Positions 1-8,225 of a stretch of DNA of 8,779 nt are shown here, piece by piece (position 1 is the first letter of the stretch; the number at the start of each line of letters is the position of its first letter). This stretch comes from a virus. Taxonomy: Duplodnaviria > Heunggongvirae > Uroviricota > Caudoviricetes. The notes below the pieces were generated by a model that did not search any database, was not told the DNA's origin, and saw only the letters and a program-made list of their open reading frames with translations. The stretch is taken from IMG/VR virus record IMGVR_UViG_2671180986_000012; one strand, given 5' to 3'. The position numbers were made by a program, and so were the translations under genes.

Positions 1-316
1 GGCAAATAACGGTCAAACATCGTGGCGTTGACAGAGAAACACGATCCACCCAGAATGTCTCACCATTAATGGTCAGCGTGTCACCACGCCGCACGGCACG
101 AACCGTATCCGTCCGCACAAATAATGACGGGCTGCTTCCTTCAATACGGACCCCGCTACCGGCAAACCCCAGCGACTCCGGATCGTCAAAAACCCCCTGA
201 ACTTCGCTGCCACACTGTGCCCCCGAGGTGAACTGCGCACAGAGCCCCATCACTTCAACAATCGTTCTGTCCACCCCGGCAAGGGCAGCATCAAAGGAAT
301 TCTCAAAATCATGCAT
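1..316 (-). CDS. FII: Head-tail joining / tail attachment protein, lambda gpFII homolog (partial; 3' end lies beyond window start)
   Basis: ATG at 316-314 (minus strand). Manual translation MHDFENSFDAALAGVDRTIVEVMGLCAQFTSGAQCGSEVQGVFDDPESLGFAGSGVRIEGSSPSLFVRTDTVRAVRRGDTLTINGETFWVDRVS... parallels lambda gpFII (MADFDNLFDAA...VFDDPEN...VRVEGSSPSLFVRTDEV...RGDTLTIGEENFWVDRVS, from memory). Start overlaps the FI stop in the sequence ATGCATGA. Not in the ORF track because it runs off the window edge. Confidence 0.85.
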   Translation of the reverse strand, partial: MHDFENSFDAALAGVDRTIVEVMGLCAQFTSGAQCGSEVQGVFDDPESLGFAGSGVRIEGSSPSLFVRTDTVRAVRRGDTLTINGETFWVDRVSLSTPRCLTVIC

Positions 317-713
317 AAACGGCCATTCCGCTCCTGACCATGTCTTTTGCCACTGAGGGGGGCATCAGAATTACTCTGCCAGCATCAACATGCTCAACAG
401 GCTCACCTGTTTCATCGTCAACACCGCACAGGTAAAAACACTTCAGAAGCCTGATACGTTCCAGAATACCAACGTCATCCTCACCGGTGTGCCTGCATGC
501 CTGCTCATGAACGGTATCATCAACATCTGCGATTTCATTTTCCGAGGCGCAAACCTCCTCTTCCCACTCTGCCACACGCTGTGCGATATCCGCAGCACTC
601 CCCGACATATCCGCCTCGCNNNNNNNNNNNNNNNNNNNNNNNNNNNNNNNNNNNNNNNNNNNNNNNNNNNNNNNNNNNNNNNNNNNNNNNNNNNNNNNNN
701 NNNNNNNTGCCAT
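309..713 (-). CDS. FI: FI-like DNA-packaging / head assembly protein (N-run 620-707 inside)
   Basis: ATG at 713-711 with AGGGAG 6 nt upstream; TGA stop at 311-309. Weak but collinear similarity to lambda gpFI (IAQRVAEWEEEV vs LALRVAELKEEL; acidic central region; C-terminal VILMPPSVAKDMVRSGMA vs VLPGTAFRVSAGVAAEMTERGLA). Sits between E-like and FII-like genes as in lambda. The ORF-track start at 761 is rejected because that extension reads through the terminator hairpin. Confidence 0.6.
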   Translation of the reverse strand: MAXXXXXXXXXXXXXXXXXXXXXXXXXXXXXXEADMSGSAADIAQRVAEWEEEVCASENEIADVDDTVHEQACRHTGEDDVGILERIRLLKCFYLCGVDDETGEPVEHVDAGRVILMPPSVAKDMVRSGMAVYA

Positions 714-728
714 ATCCAGCTCCCTGTG

Positions 729-757
729 AAAAAAACACGGGGGCATTTCGCCCCCGC
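729..757 (-). terminator. Putative rho-independent terminator between major capsid gene and FI
   Basis: Minus-strand RNA would read CGGGGGC-GAAAU-GCCCCCG (7-bp all-GC stem, + strand 738-744 pairing with 750-756, 5-nt loop) followed by UG and seven U (+ strand A-run 729-735). It starts 8 nt after the E-like stop (765) and ends about 15 nt before the FI ATG. Confidence 0.55.
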
Positions 758-764
758 TCACGGA

Positions 765-1266
765 TTATTTCACCTGTACCACCACAAACTCATCCGGATC
801 CGGCAGCACCATCAGCGGCGCGGACTGCGTCATGGTGAATTCACAGGNNNNNNNNNNNNNNNNNNNNNNNNNNNNNNNNNNGATCGCCCACGGTCAGCCA
901 GTGTTTCGGGTAACGGGAAGAAGCCACCACTCCTTCAGACAACGCCTGTGCATCCTTAATGGCTCCATAGCAACGAATCCCCTCTGCCGCCGTATTCCCC
1001 AGCACCAGCGTGCCCTCCGGCAGATAACGTTTTTCGGTACCGTCCTCTGCCACATAAGACGTTTTCGCTACCACAATAGCCAGATCGCCGTAATACCCCT
1101 TGAAGGATACCACTGCGCCCAGATCTTTCACTGCCGTTTCGAGTTGTGAATTTGAACCGCGACGGGTATCCAGTTTTTCGCGGAAAAGCTTAAAGCCATT
1201 CAGCAGACGCCAGACGGTACCGTCCATAATGGCAATATTCACAAGACCACTGGCCTGATCACAGAA
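765..1266 (-). CDS. E: Major capsid protein, lambda gpE homolog (C-terminal part; N-terminus masked; interrupted by N-run 848-881)
   Basis: 883-1266 encodes FCDQASGLVNIAIMDGTVWRLLNGFKLFREKLDTRRGSNSQLETAVKDLGAVVSFKGYYGDLAIVVAKTSYV...GNTAAEGIRCYGAIKDAQALSEGVVASSRYPKHWLTVGD, matching lambda gpE (...ASGVVNIIVFDPKGWALFRSFKAVKEKLDTRRGSNSELETAVKDLGKAVSYKGMYGDVAIVV...ARYPKNWVTTGD). After the N-run, 847-768 in a different frame encodes CEFTMTQSAPLMVLPDPDEFVVVQVK, then TAA at 767-765 (lambda: REFTMIQSAPLMLLADPDEFVSVQLA). The ORF-track stop at 841 is an out-of-frame artefact. Confidence 0.9.
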
Positions 1267-2271
1267 NNNNNNNNNNNNNNNNNNNNNNNNNNNNNNNNNN
1301 NNNNNNNNNNNNNNNNNNNNNNNNNNNNNNNNNNNNNNNNNNNNNNNNNNNNNNNNNNNNNNNNNNNNNNNNNNNNNNNNNNNNNNNNNNNNNNNNNNNN
1401 NNNNNNNNNNNNNNNNNNNNNNNNNNNNNNNNNNNNNNNNNNNNNNNNNNNNNNNNNNNNNNNNNNNNNNNNNNNNNNNNNNNNNNNNNNNNNNNNNNNN
1501 NNNNNNNNNNNNNNNNNNNNNNNNNNNNNNNNNNNNNNNNNNNNNNNNNNNNNNNNNNNNNNNNNNNNNNNNNNNNNNNNNNNNNNNNNNNNNNNNNNNN
1601 NNNNNNNNNNNNNNNNNNNNNNNNNNNNNNNNNNNNNNNNNNNNNNNNNNNNNNNNNNNNNNNNNNNNNNNNNNNNNNNNNNNNNNNNNNNNNNNNNNNN
1701 NNNNNNNNNNNNNNNNNNNNNNNNNNNNNNNNNNNNNNNNNNNNNNNNNNNNNNNNNNNNNNNNNNNNNNNNNNNNNNNNNNNNNNNNNNNNNNNNNNNN
1801 NNNNNNNNNNNNNNNNNNNNNNNNNNNNNNNNNNNNNNNNNNNNNNNNNNNNNNNNNNNNNNNNNNNNNNNNNNNNNNNNNNNNNNNNNNNNNNNNNNNN
1901 NNNNNNNNNNNNNNNNNNNNNNNNNNNNNNNNNNNNNNNNNNNNNNNNNNNNNNNNNNNNNNNNNNNNNNNNNNNNNNNNNNNNNNNNNNNNNNNNNNNN
2001 NNNNNNNNNNNNNNNNNNNNNNNNNNNNNNNNNNNNNNNNNNNNNNNNNNNNNNNNNNNNNNNNNNNNNNNNNNNNNNNNNNNNNNNNNNNNNNNNNNNN
2101 NNNNNNNNNNNNNNNNNNNNNNNNNNNNNNNNNNNNNNNNNNNNNNNNNNNNNNNNNNNNNNNNNNNNNNNNNNNNNNNNNNNNNNNNNNNNNNNNNNNN
2201 NNNNNNNNNNNNNNNNNNNNNNNNNNNNNNNNNNNNNNNNNNNNNNNNNNNNNNNNNNNNNNNNNNNNNNN

Positions 2272-2368
2272 AAGAAATCCCGCTGCTGCCTGTGGCGGTA
2301 TGAGCCGGATCATTACCAGCAAAAATACGTACTTCCGCACGCTGTTCAGTGATGGTTTTCGTCACCAT
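2272..2368 (-). CDS. D: Head decoration protein, lambda gpD homolog (N-terminal 32 codons visible; remainder masked)
   Basis: ATG at 2368-2366 with GAGG about 10 nt upstream. MVTKTITEQRAEVRIFAGNDPAHTATGSSGIS matches the lambda gpD N-terminus (...GNSDPAHTATAPGGLS). Lies 36 nt downstream of the C/Nu3 stop, as in lambda. Confidence 0.8.
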
Positions 2369-2404
2369 TTTGTTAAAACCTCATATTGATGGTCAGCACT
2401 GACT

Positions 2405-2922
2405 TCATGGCATGGCCATGAGCATTTTCACGTCCGCATCACCGTCTGCTGACGTCTGTGACACGCCACCCCGCACCGCTGCCGGTGAATGATTCGCCAT
2501 GAAATGTTCAAACAGGGCGGTTGTGGATGCAGAGACCGGTTCGGCCTTACCTGATCCCGCAGCCAGCACAGCCCGGGCGTTCTCCACGGTCATTCCCGGG
2601 CAGGCCGCCAGTTTTTCAGCCTGCGCTTCTGCCCCTTTTGCCTCATCCAGGGCCATGATCTGATCACGAAGTGAGGGCCCGGCATCCGCCAGTGGTGCAG
2701 CCGCCAGGATCGGGCGTGCTTTTTCCACCGTCATCTCCGGCATCGCCGCCAGCGTTGCCGCCAGTTGTTCACGACCTTTCGCTTCTTCACACGCCATAAT
2801 GCGATCGGCTNNNNNNNNNNNNNNNNNNNNNNNNNNNACTCTGCGCGGATGCCACCGGCTGCTGTGGTGCCGCCGCGGCCAGAATCGCCCGGGCCTGTTC
2901 AATGCTCATGCCCTGTTGTCCT
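2405..2922 (-). CDS. C: Prohead protease / scaffolding protein C-terminal region, lambda gpC/Nu3 homolog (partial; upstream masked; frame changes across N-run 2811-2837)
   Basis: TGA stop at 2407-2405. 2810-2408 encodes ADRIMACEEAKGREQLAATLAAMPEMTVEKARPILAAAPLADAGPSLRDQIMALDEAKGAEAQAEKLAACPGMTVENARAVLAAGSGKAEP... 2921-2838, in another frame, encodes GQQGMSIEQARAILAAAAPQQPVASAQS. Both resemble the C-terminal tail of lambda gpC/Nu3 (...SRIMGILNCEEAHGREEQARVLAETPGMTVKTARRILAAAP...). Confidence 0.8.
2564..2922 (-). repeat. Tandem ~140-nt direct repeats inside the C/Nu3 coding region (at least 3 copies, the outermost running into the mask)
   Basis: + strand units begin near 2564, 2705 and 2880: cagcacagcccgggcgttctccacggtcattcc / caggatcgggcgtgctttttccaccgtcatctcc / cagaatcgcccgggcctgttcaatgctcatgcc. 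Each encodes a copy of the motif (I)MxxEEAKGxExxAxxLAAxPGMTVExARxILAAA on the minus strand. Confidence 0.75.
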
Positions 2923-4462
2923 NNNNNNNNNNNNNNNNNNNNNNNNNNNNNNNNNNNNNNNNNNNNNNNNNNNNNNNNNNNNNNNNNNNNNNNNNNNNNN
3001 NNNNNNNNNNNNNNNNNNNNNNNNNNNNNNNNNNNNNNNNNNNNNNNNNNNNNNNNNNNNNNNNNNNNNNNNNNNNNNNNNNNNNNNNNNNNNNNNNNNN
3101 NNNNNNNNNNNNNNNNNNNNNNNNNNNNNNNNNNNNNNNNNNNNNNNNNNNNNNNNNNNNNNNNNNNNNNNNNNNNNNNNNNNNNNNNNNNNNNNNNNNN
3201 NNNNNNNNNNNNNNNNNNNNNNNNNNNNNNNNNNNNNNNNNNNNNNNNNNNNNNNNNNNNNNNNNNNNNNNNNNNNNNNNNNNNNNNNNNNNNNNNNNNN
3301 NNNNNNNNNNNNNNNNNNNNNNNNNNNNNNNNNNNNNNNNNNNNNNNNNNNNNNNNNNNNNNNNNNNNNNNNNNNNNNNNNNNNNNNNNNNNNNNNNNNN
3401 NNNNNNNNNNNNNNNNNNNNNNNNNNNNNNNNNNNNNNNNNNNNNNNNNNNNNNNNNNNNNNNNNNNNNNNNNNNNNNNNNNNNNNNNNNNNNNNNNNNN
3501 NNNNNNNNNNNNNNNNNNNNNNNNNNNNNNNNNNNNNNNNNNNNNNNNNNNNNNNNNNNNNNNNNNNNNNNNNNNNNNNNNNNNNNNNNNNNNNNNNNNN
3601 NNNNNNNNNNNNNNNNNNNNNNNNNNNNNNNNNNNNNNNNNNNNNNNNNNNNNNNNNNNNNNNNNNNNNNNNNNNNNNNNNNNNNNNNNNNNNNNNNNNN
3701 NNNNNNNNNNNNNNNNNNNNNNNNNNNNNNNNNNNNNNNNNNNNNNNNNNNNNNNNNNNNNNNNNNNNNNNNNNNNNNNNNNNNNNNNNNNNNNNNNNNN
3801 NNNNNNNNNNNNNNNNNNNNNNNNNNNNNNNNNNNNNNNNNNNNNNNNNNNNNNNNNNNNNNNNNNNNNNNNNNNNNNNNNNNNNNNNNNNNNNNNNNNN
3901 NNNNNNNNNNNNNNNNNNNNNNNNNNNNNNNNNNNNNNNNNNNNNNNNNNNNNNNNNNNNNNNNNNNNNNNNNNNNNNNNNNNNNNNNNNNNNNNNNNNN
4001 NNNNNNNNNNNNNNNNNNNNNNNNNNNNNNNNNNNNNNNNNNNNNNNNNNNNNNNNNNNNNNNNNNNNNNNNNNNNNNNNNNNNNNNNNNNNNNNNNNNN
4101 NNNNNNNNNNNNNNNNNNNNNNNNNNNNNNNNNNNNNNNNNNNNNNNNNNNNNNNNNNNNNNNNNNNNNNNNNNNNNNNNNNNNNNNNNNNNNNNNNNNN
4201 NNNNNNNNNNNNNNNNNNNNNNNNNNNNNNNNNNNNNNNNNNNNNNNNNNNNNNNNNNNNNNNNNNNNNNNNNNNNNNNNNNNNNNNNNNNNNNNNNNNN
4301 NNNNNNNNNNNNNNNNNNNNNNNNNNNNNNNNNNNNNNNNNNNNNNNNNNNNNNNNNNNNNNNNNNNNNNNNNNNNNNNNNNNNNNNNNNNNNNNNNNNN
4401 NNNNNNNNNNNNNNNNNNNNNNNNNNNNNNNNNNNNNNNNNNNNNNNNNNNNNNNNNNNNNN

Positions 4463-5716
4463 CCCGTGACCAGGCTGATCGCGCCTGATAAAAATCAAAA
4501 CGNNNNNNNNNNNNNNNNNNNNNNNNNNNNNNNNNNNNNAATAATCCCCCGAAGAAGTGCCTCTTCCAGCCAGCAGGAAAACATCTGCGTGGCCAGTCGG
4601 GCCGCAATAAATTTTCGCCGCCCCATAAAATAGCGCCACGACTCATTGGCGGAGGCGCGGGCACTTGAGTAACTGACCTTCGAGTAATCACGGGACAACT
4701 GTTCGTAGGAAACGCCAAGACCGGCGGCGATATACCGCAGCAGCGCCTGTTCAAGCGCCGAAAATCCATTGTCTGAATCCTGCGCTGTCTGCAGTTTCAG
4801 ATCATCACCAGGGAAAAGGTGCGGAATTTTGACACCGCCCAGCGTCACGTGATTCGTGTCATACCAGCTGGAGAACTTCTCCAGAATATTAATAAGCGGA
4901 TTATCCTTCTGCCCCTGCGGCGCACCGGCGATATATTCAAAGGCCTTTTCGGTATCCAGTTCACTTTCAATCGTCGCTGCATACATCGCCTTCACTATGG
5001 CCGACTGAAGCTGTGTTGCCTGCAGGGAATCGAGCATCTTCAGCCGTTCCATGACGCTGTAAAACTGATTGGCCCCACGGGTCTGCCCGTCCTCCACCGG
5101 CTCGAAAATATGCAGCATGGCCGGACGCCCGGTGGGTAGTTCACGCGGGATCCGTTCCCATCGTCCACTCCCGGAGCGAGGAAAATCATCCTCACAGATA
5201 TGGTACGCAACGGCACGGCCATATCGATCGACCTCCACACCGGCCCGCAGAAAACGGTTCCCGATACCGTGTCCTGGCGTGTCCACCCGTTTCGGACTCA
5301 CGGCTTTAAAACGCGTACGGAATAACTGCGTGGTTTCCGTATCCCAGACCGGCTGCACAAAGATTTCGCCGTTAAACGCATGAACGCCCACACCTTCACG
5401 GATAAATTCCGTAAACGTGCGTTTCCCTTCCACGTCGATCTCACCAAACATCCCTTCTGCGTATTCTGACCAGGCCGCCTCCACCTCATCGACAAAACTT
5501 TTTGCCGCGGTCTCCCGCATCCCCAGCCAGCGCCAGTTCGGACGGTAGCTGATAAGAAACATATGCCCGACAATGTGATCCTTATGCAGGGCCACCGCAT
5601 TGGCCGCTATCCCGTTATTGCGCACCAGATCATCTGCCCGGGCATTCCCCAGACGCAACGCGGGCAGCAGGGCCGCATCGGCACTCTGCGAGGGTGGCAA
5701 CCACTCCGCCATTTGC
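4463..5716 (-). CDS. B: Portal protein, lambda gpB homolog (internal part; both ends masked; frame changes across N-run 4503-4539)
   Basis: 5716-4540 encodes ...SADAALLPALRLGNARADDLVRNNGIAANA...FEPVEDGQTRGANQFYSVMERLKMLDSLQATQLQSAIVKAMYAATIESELDT...LQTAQDSDNGFSALEQALLRYIAAGLGVSYEQLSR...SYSSARASANESWRYFMGRRKF...CWLEEALLRGII, near-collinear with lambda gpB. After the N-run, 4502-4463 in another frame encodes RFDFYQARSAWSR (lambda RFSFQEARSAWGN). Confidence 0.9.
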
Positions 5717-7102
5717 NNNNNNNNNNNNNNNNNNNNNNNNNNNNNNNNNNNNNNNNNNNNNNNNNNNNNNNNNNNNNNNNNNNNNNNNNNNNNNNNNNNN
5801 NNNNNNNNNNNNNNNNNNNNNNNNNNNNNNNNNNNNNNNNNNNNNNNNNNNNNNNNNNNNNNNNNNNNNNNNNNNNNNNNNNNNNNNNNNNNNNNNNNNN
5901 NNNNNNNNNNNNNNNNNNNNNNNNNNNNNNNNNNNNNNNNNNNNNNNNNNNNNNNNNNNNNNNNNNNNNNNNNNNNNNNNNNNNNNNNNNNNNNNNNNNN
6001 NNNNNNNNNNNNNNNNNNNNNNNNNNNNNNNNNNNNNNNNNNNNNNNNNNNNNNNNNNNNNNNNNNNNNNNNNNNNNNNNNNNNNNNNNNNNNNNNNNNN
6101 NNNNNNNNNNNNNNNNNNNNNNNNNNNNNNNNNNNNNNNNNNNNNNNNNNNNNNNNNNNNNNNNNNNNNNNNNNNNNNNNNNNNNNNNNNNNNNNNNNNN
6201 NNNNNNNNNNNNNNNNNNNNNNNNNNNNNNNNNNNNNNNNNNNNNNNNNNNNNNNNNNNNNNNNNNNNNNNNNNNNNNNNNNNNNNNNNNNNNNNNNNNN
6301 NNNNNNNNNNNNNNNNNNNNNNNNNNNNNNNNNNNNNNNNNNNNNNNNNNNNNNNNNNNNNNNNNNNNNNNNNNNNNNNNNNNNNNNNNNNNNNNNNNNN
6401 NNNNNNNNNNNNNNNNNNNNNNNNNNNNNNNNNNNNNNNNNNNNNNNNNNNNNNNNNNNNNNNNNNNNNNNNNNNNNNNNNNNNNNNNNNNNNNNNNNNN
6501 NNNNNNNNNNNNNNNNNNNNNNNNNNNNNNNNNNNNNNNNNNNNNNNNNNNNNNNNNNNNNNNNNNNNNNNNNNNNNNNNNNNNNNNNNNNNNNNNNNNN
6601 NNNNNNNNNNNNNNNNNNNNNNNNNNNNNNNNNNNNNNNNNNNNNNNNNNNNNNNNNNNNNNNNNNNNNNNNNNNNNNNNNNNNNNNNNNNNNNNNNNNN
6701 NNNNNNNNNNNNNNNNNNNNNNNNNNNNNNNNNNNNNNNNNNNNNNNNNNNNNNNNNNNNNNNNNNNNNNNNNNNNNNNNNNNNNNNNNNNNNNNNNNNN
6801 NNNNNNNNNNNNNNNNNNNNNNNNNNNNNNNNNNNNNNNNNNNNNNNNNNNNNNNNNNNNNNNNNNNNNNNNNNNNNNNNNNNNNNNNNNNNNNNNNNNN
6901 NNNNNNNNNNNNNNNNNNNNNNNNNNNNNNNNNNNNNNNNNNNNNNNNNNNNNNNNNNNNNNNNNNNNNNNNNNNNNNNNNNNNNNNNNNNNNNNNNNNN
7001 NNNNNNNNNNNNNNNNNNNNNNNNNNNNNNNNNNNNNNNNNNNNNNNNNNNNNNNNNNNNNNNNNNNNNNNNNNNNNNNNNNNNNNNNNNNNNNNNNNNN
7101 NN

Positions 7103-8225
7103 GATCAAGTTTTTCGCCCACGGCCTCTTCCCAGGTCTCGCCCAGCGTGGTGTTCACAAAGGTTTTCACGCCGTTGGGATCTTTCAGTGCATCCAGCCAG
7201 TCATAGACTATCTGTACCCAGGTGGTAAACGGACTGTACGCCGTCCAGATATGGAACGTGATGGAGCGCGGCGGCGGAATTTCATTACCCGCAGCGCTGA
7301 AAAACGTCAGACCGTCACGGGTCCACATGCCCGTGTTTTCACAGATCCACCGCCCGTTGCTCTGGTCCAGTTCAGACTGATGGATCACGCAGCCATGATG
7401 TTCACAGAGGTAGAAAACACTTTCGGGACTGTCCTTCTCCCATTTAAGCCCAAAAGGCGTGGACTCATCGCCAAATTTCAGATACTGCTCCTCCCCACAG
7501 TGTGGGCAGGGCACATAAAAACGCATAAAATGCGCCGACTCGTTGGCCGCTTTTTCGATCTGGCAGGTGCCTTTGATTTTAGGCGTCGAGCCGCGAATGG
7601 ATTTGGGCCATACAGAGCCCTCAATACGTTTATCCCCAAGCAGGGTTGGCGACCCCTCTTTTTCGACATCCGGTTCGAACGAGGAAAGTTCGTCATAGCA
7701 GACCACGTCCACGGATTTTTCACGGTAGTTTTTAGCGGCAGCCCCGCCCAGGCACCAGAAGCCCACGCCCGATGAAAAACGTTTCAGCGTGAGGGTATTA
7801 TCACGATGTTTACGACCCAGCCATGGGGAAAGGTCTTTCAGGCATGGCACATCCCGAATCGTCGCCTCCACGTGAGACTTCATAAAATCTTCAGCGGCAG
7901 AATCCGTGGGCTGAAAAAGCAGACTGTTTCGTGATTTATGCTCAATAAAATACCCGACCACCCCCAGCAACATCTTTGTATAGCCAACACGGGCAGATTT
8001 AATCAGGTTAACCGTGCGAACCTGGTCGTTACCCATACAGTTCATAATGGCGACCTGGAACGGCAGCGTTTTCCATTCTCCCTCACCATATGAAGATTCT
8101 TTAGGCAGATAATAATTTTGATCAGCCCATTCAACTGGCGTCACCGGCAATGCCCTTATCAGGGGCTGTAATGCTGTTGTGACAGCACTCATCATATTAT
8201 TCAGTTGTTGCTCTGATATATTCAT
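7103..8225 (-). CDS. A: Terminase large subunit, lambda gpA homolog (N-terminal ~374 codons visible; C-terminal part masked)
   Basis: ATG at 8225-8223. MNISEQQLNNMM...PVEWADQNYYLPKESSYGEGEWKTLPFQVAIMNCMGNDQVRTVNLIKSARVGYTKMLLGVVGYFIEHK...GFWCLGGAAAKNYREKSVDVVCYDELSSFEPDVEKEGSPTLLGDKRIEGSVWPKSIRGSTPKIKGTCQIE...FMRFYVPCPHCGEEQYLKFGD...IWTAYSPFTTWVQIV...FVNTTLGETWEE closely parallels the lambda gpA N-terminus (MNISNSQVNRL...AVEWADANYYLPKESAYQEGRWETLPFQRAIMNAMGSD...). The ORF-track start at 8282 uses a non-ATG codon upstream; the ATG matches lambda's start. Confidence 0.95.

Noticed and set aside
390-1149. Short + strand ORFs (390-959, 497-838, 832-1149) and minus-strand ORF 535-738 around the FI/E junction
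   Set aside because: Antisense or alternative-frame readings overlapping the FI and E homologs and the terminator, largely spanning N-runs. No start context or similarity supports them.
841-2368. ORF-track entries 841-2340 and 1259-2368 suggesting single 369-499-aa proteins
   Set aside because: They merge the D and E homologs through the 1267-2271 N-run. D starts at 2368, and E ends at 765 in a different frame after the 848-881 N-run, so neither the 841 stop nor the fused span is real.
2811-2837. Programmed ribosomal frameshift in C/Nu3
   Set aside because: Lambdoid phages are known for programmed frameshifting in the tail chaperone G/GT, not in head genes. The same frame discontinuity appears at every short N-run, including in the capsid and portal genes, so an N-run artefact is the simpler explanation.
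2787-4769. 660-aa minus-strand ORF starting at 4769
   Set aside because: Its visible N-terminal part (4542-4769) is an out-of-frame overlap of the portal coding region with no homology. Only its short segments at 4502-4463 (portal) and 2921-2838 (C/Nu3) are real coding sequence, and they belong to those genes.
4819-5600. Small ORFs inside the portal region (4819-5139 +, 5069-5383 +, 5040-5240 -, 5298-5600 -)
   Set aside because: All lie within the portal gene in the wrong frame or strand. GC-rich enterobacterial phage DNA commonly yields such shadow ORFs.
7478-7723. 81-aa minus-strand ORF inside the terminase large-subunit gene
   Set aside because: Alternative frame of a strongly conserved terminase segment; basic, low-complexity translation typical of an out-of-frame artefact.
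2765-7775. Very long + strand ORFs in the ORF track (2765-4633, 2799-4469, 2902-4488, 5563-7206, 5600-7228, 5694-7775)
   Set aside because: They exist only because N-runs translate as stop-free X codons. Their visible ends are short, lie antisense to strongly homologous portal, terminase and C/Nu3 coding sequence, and show no recognisable protein similarity.
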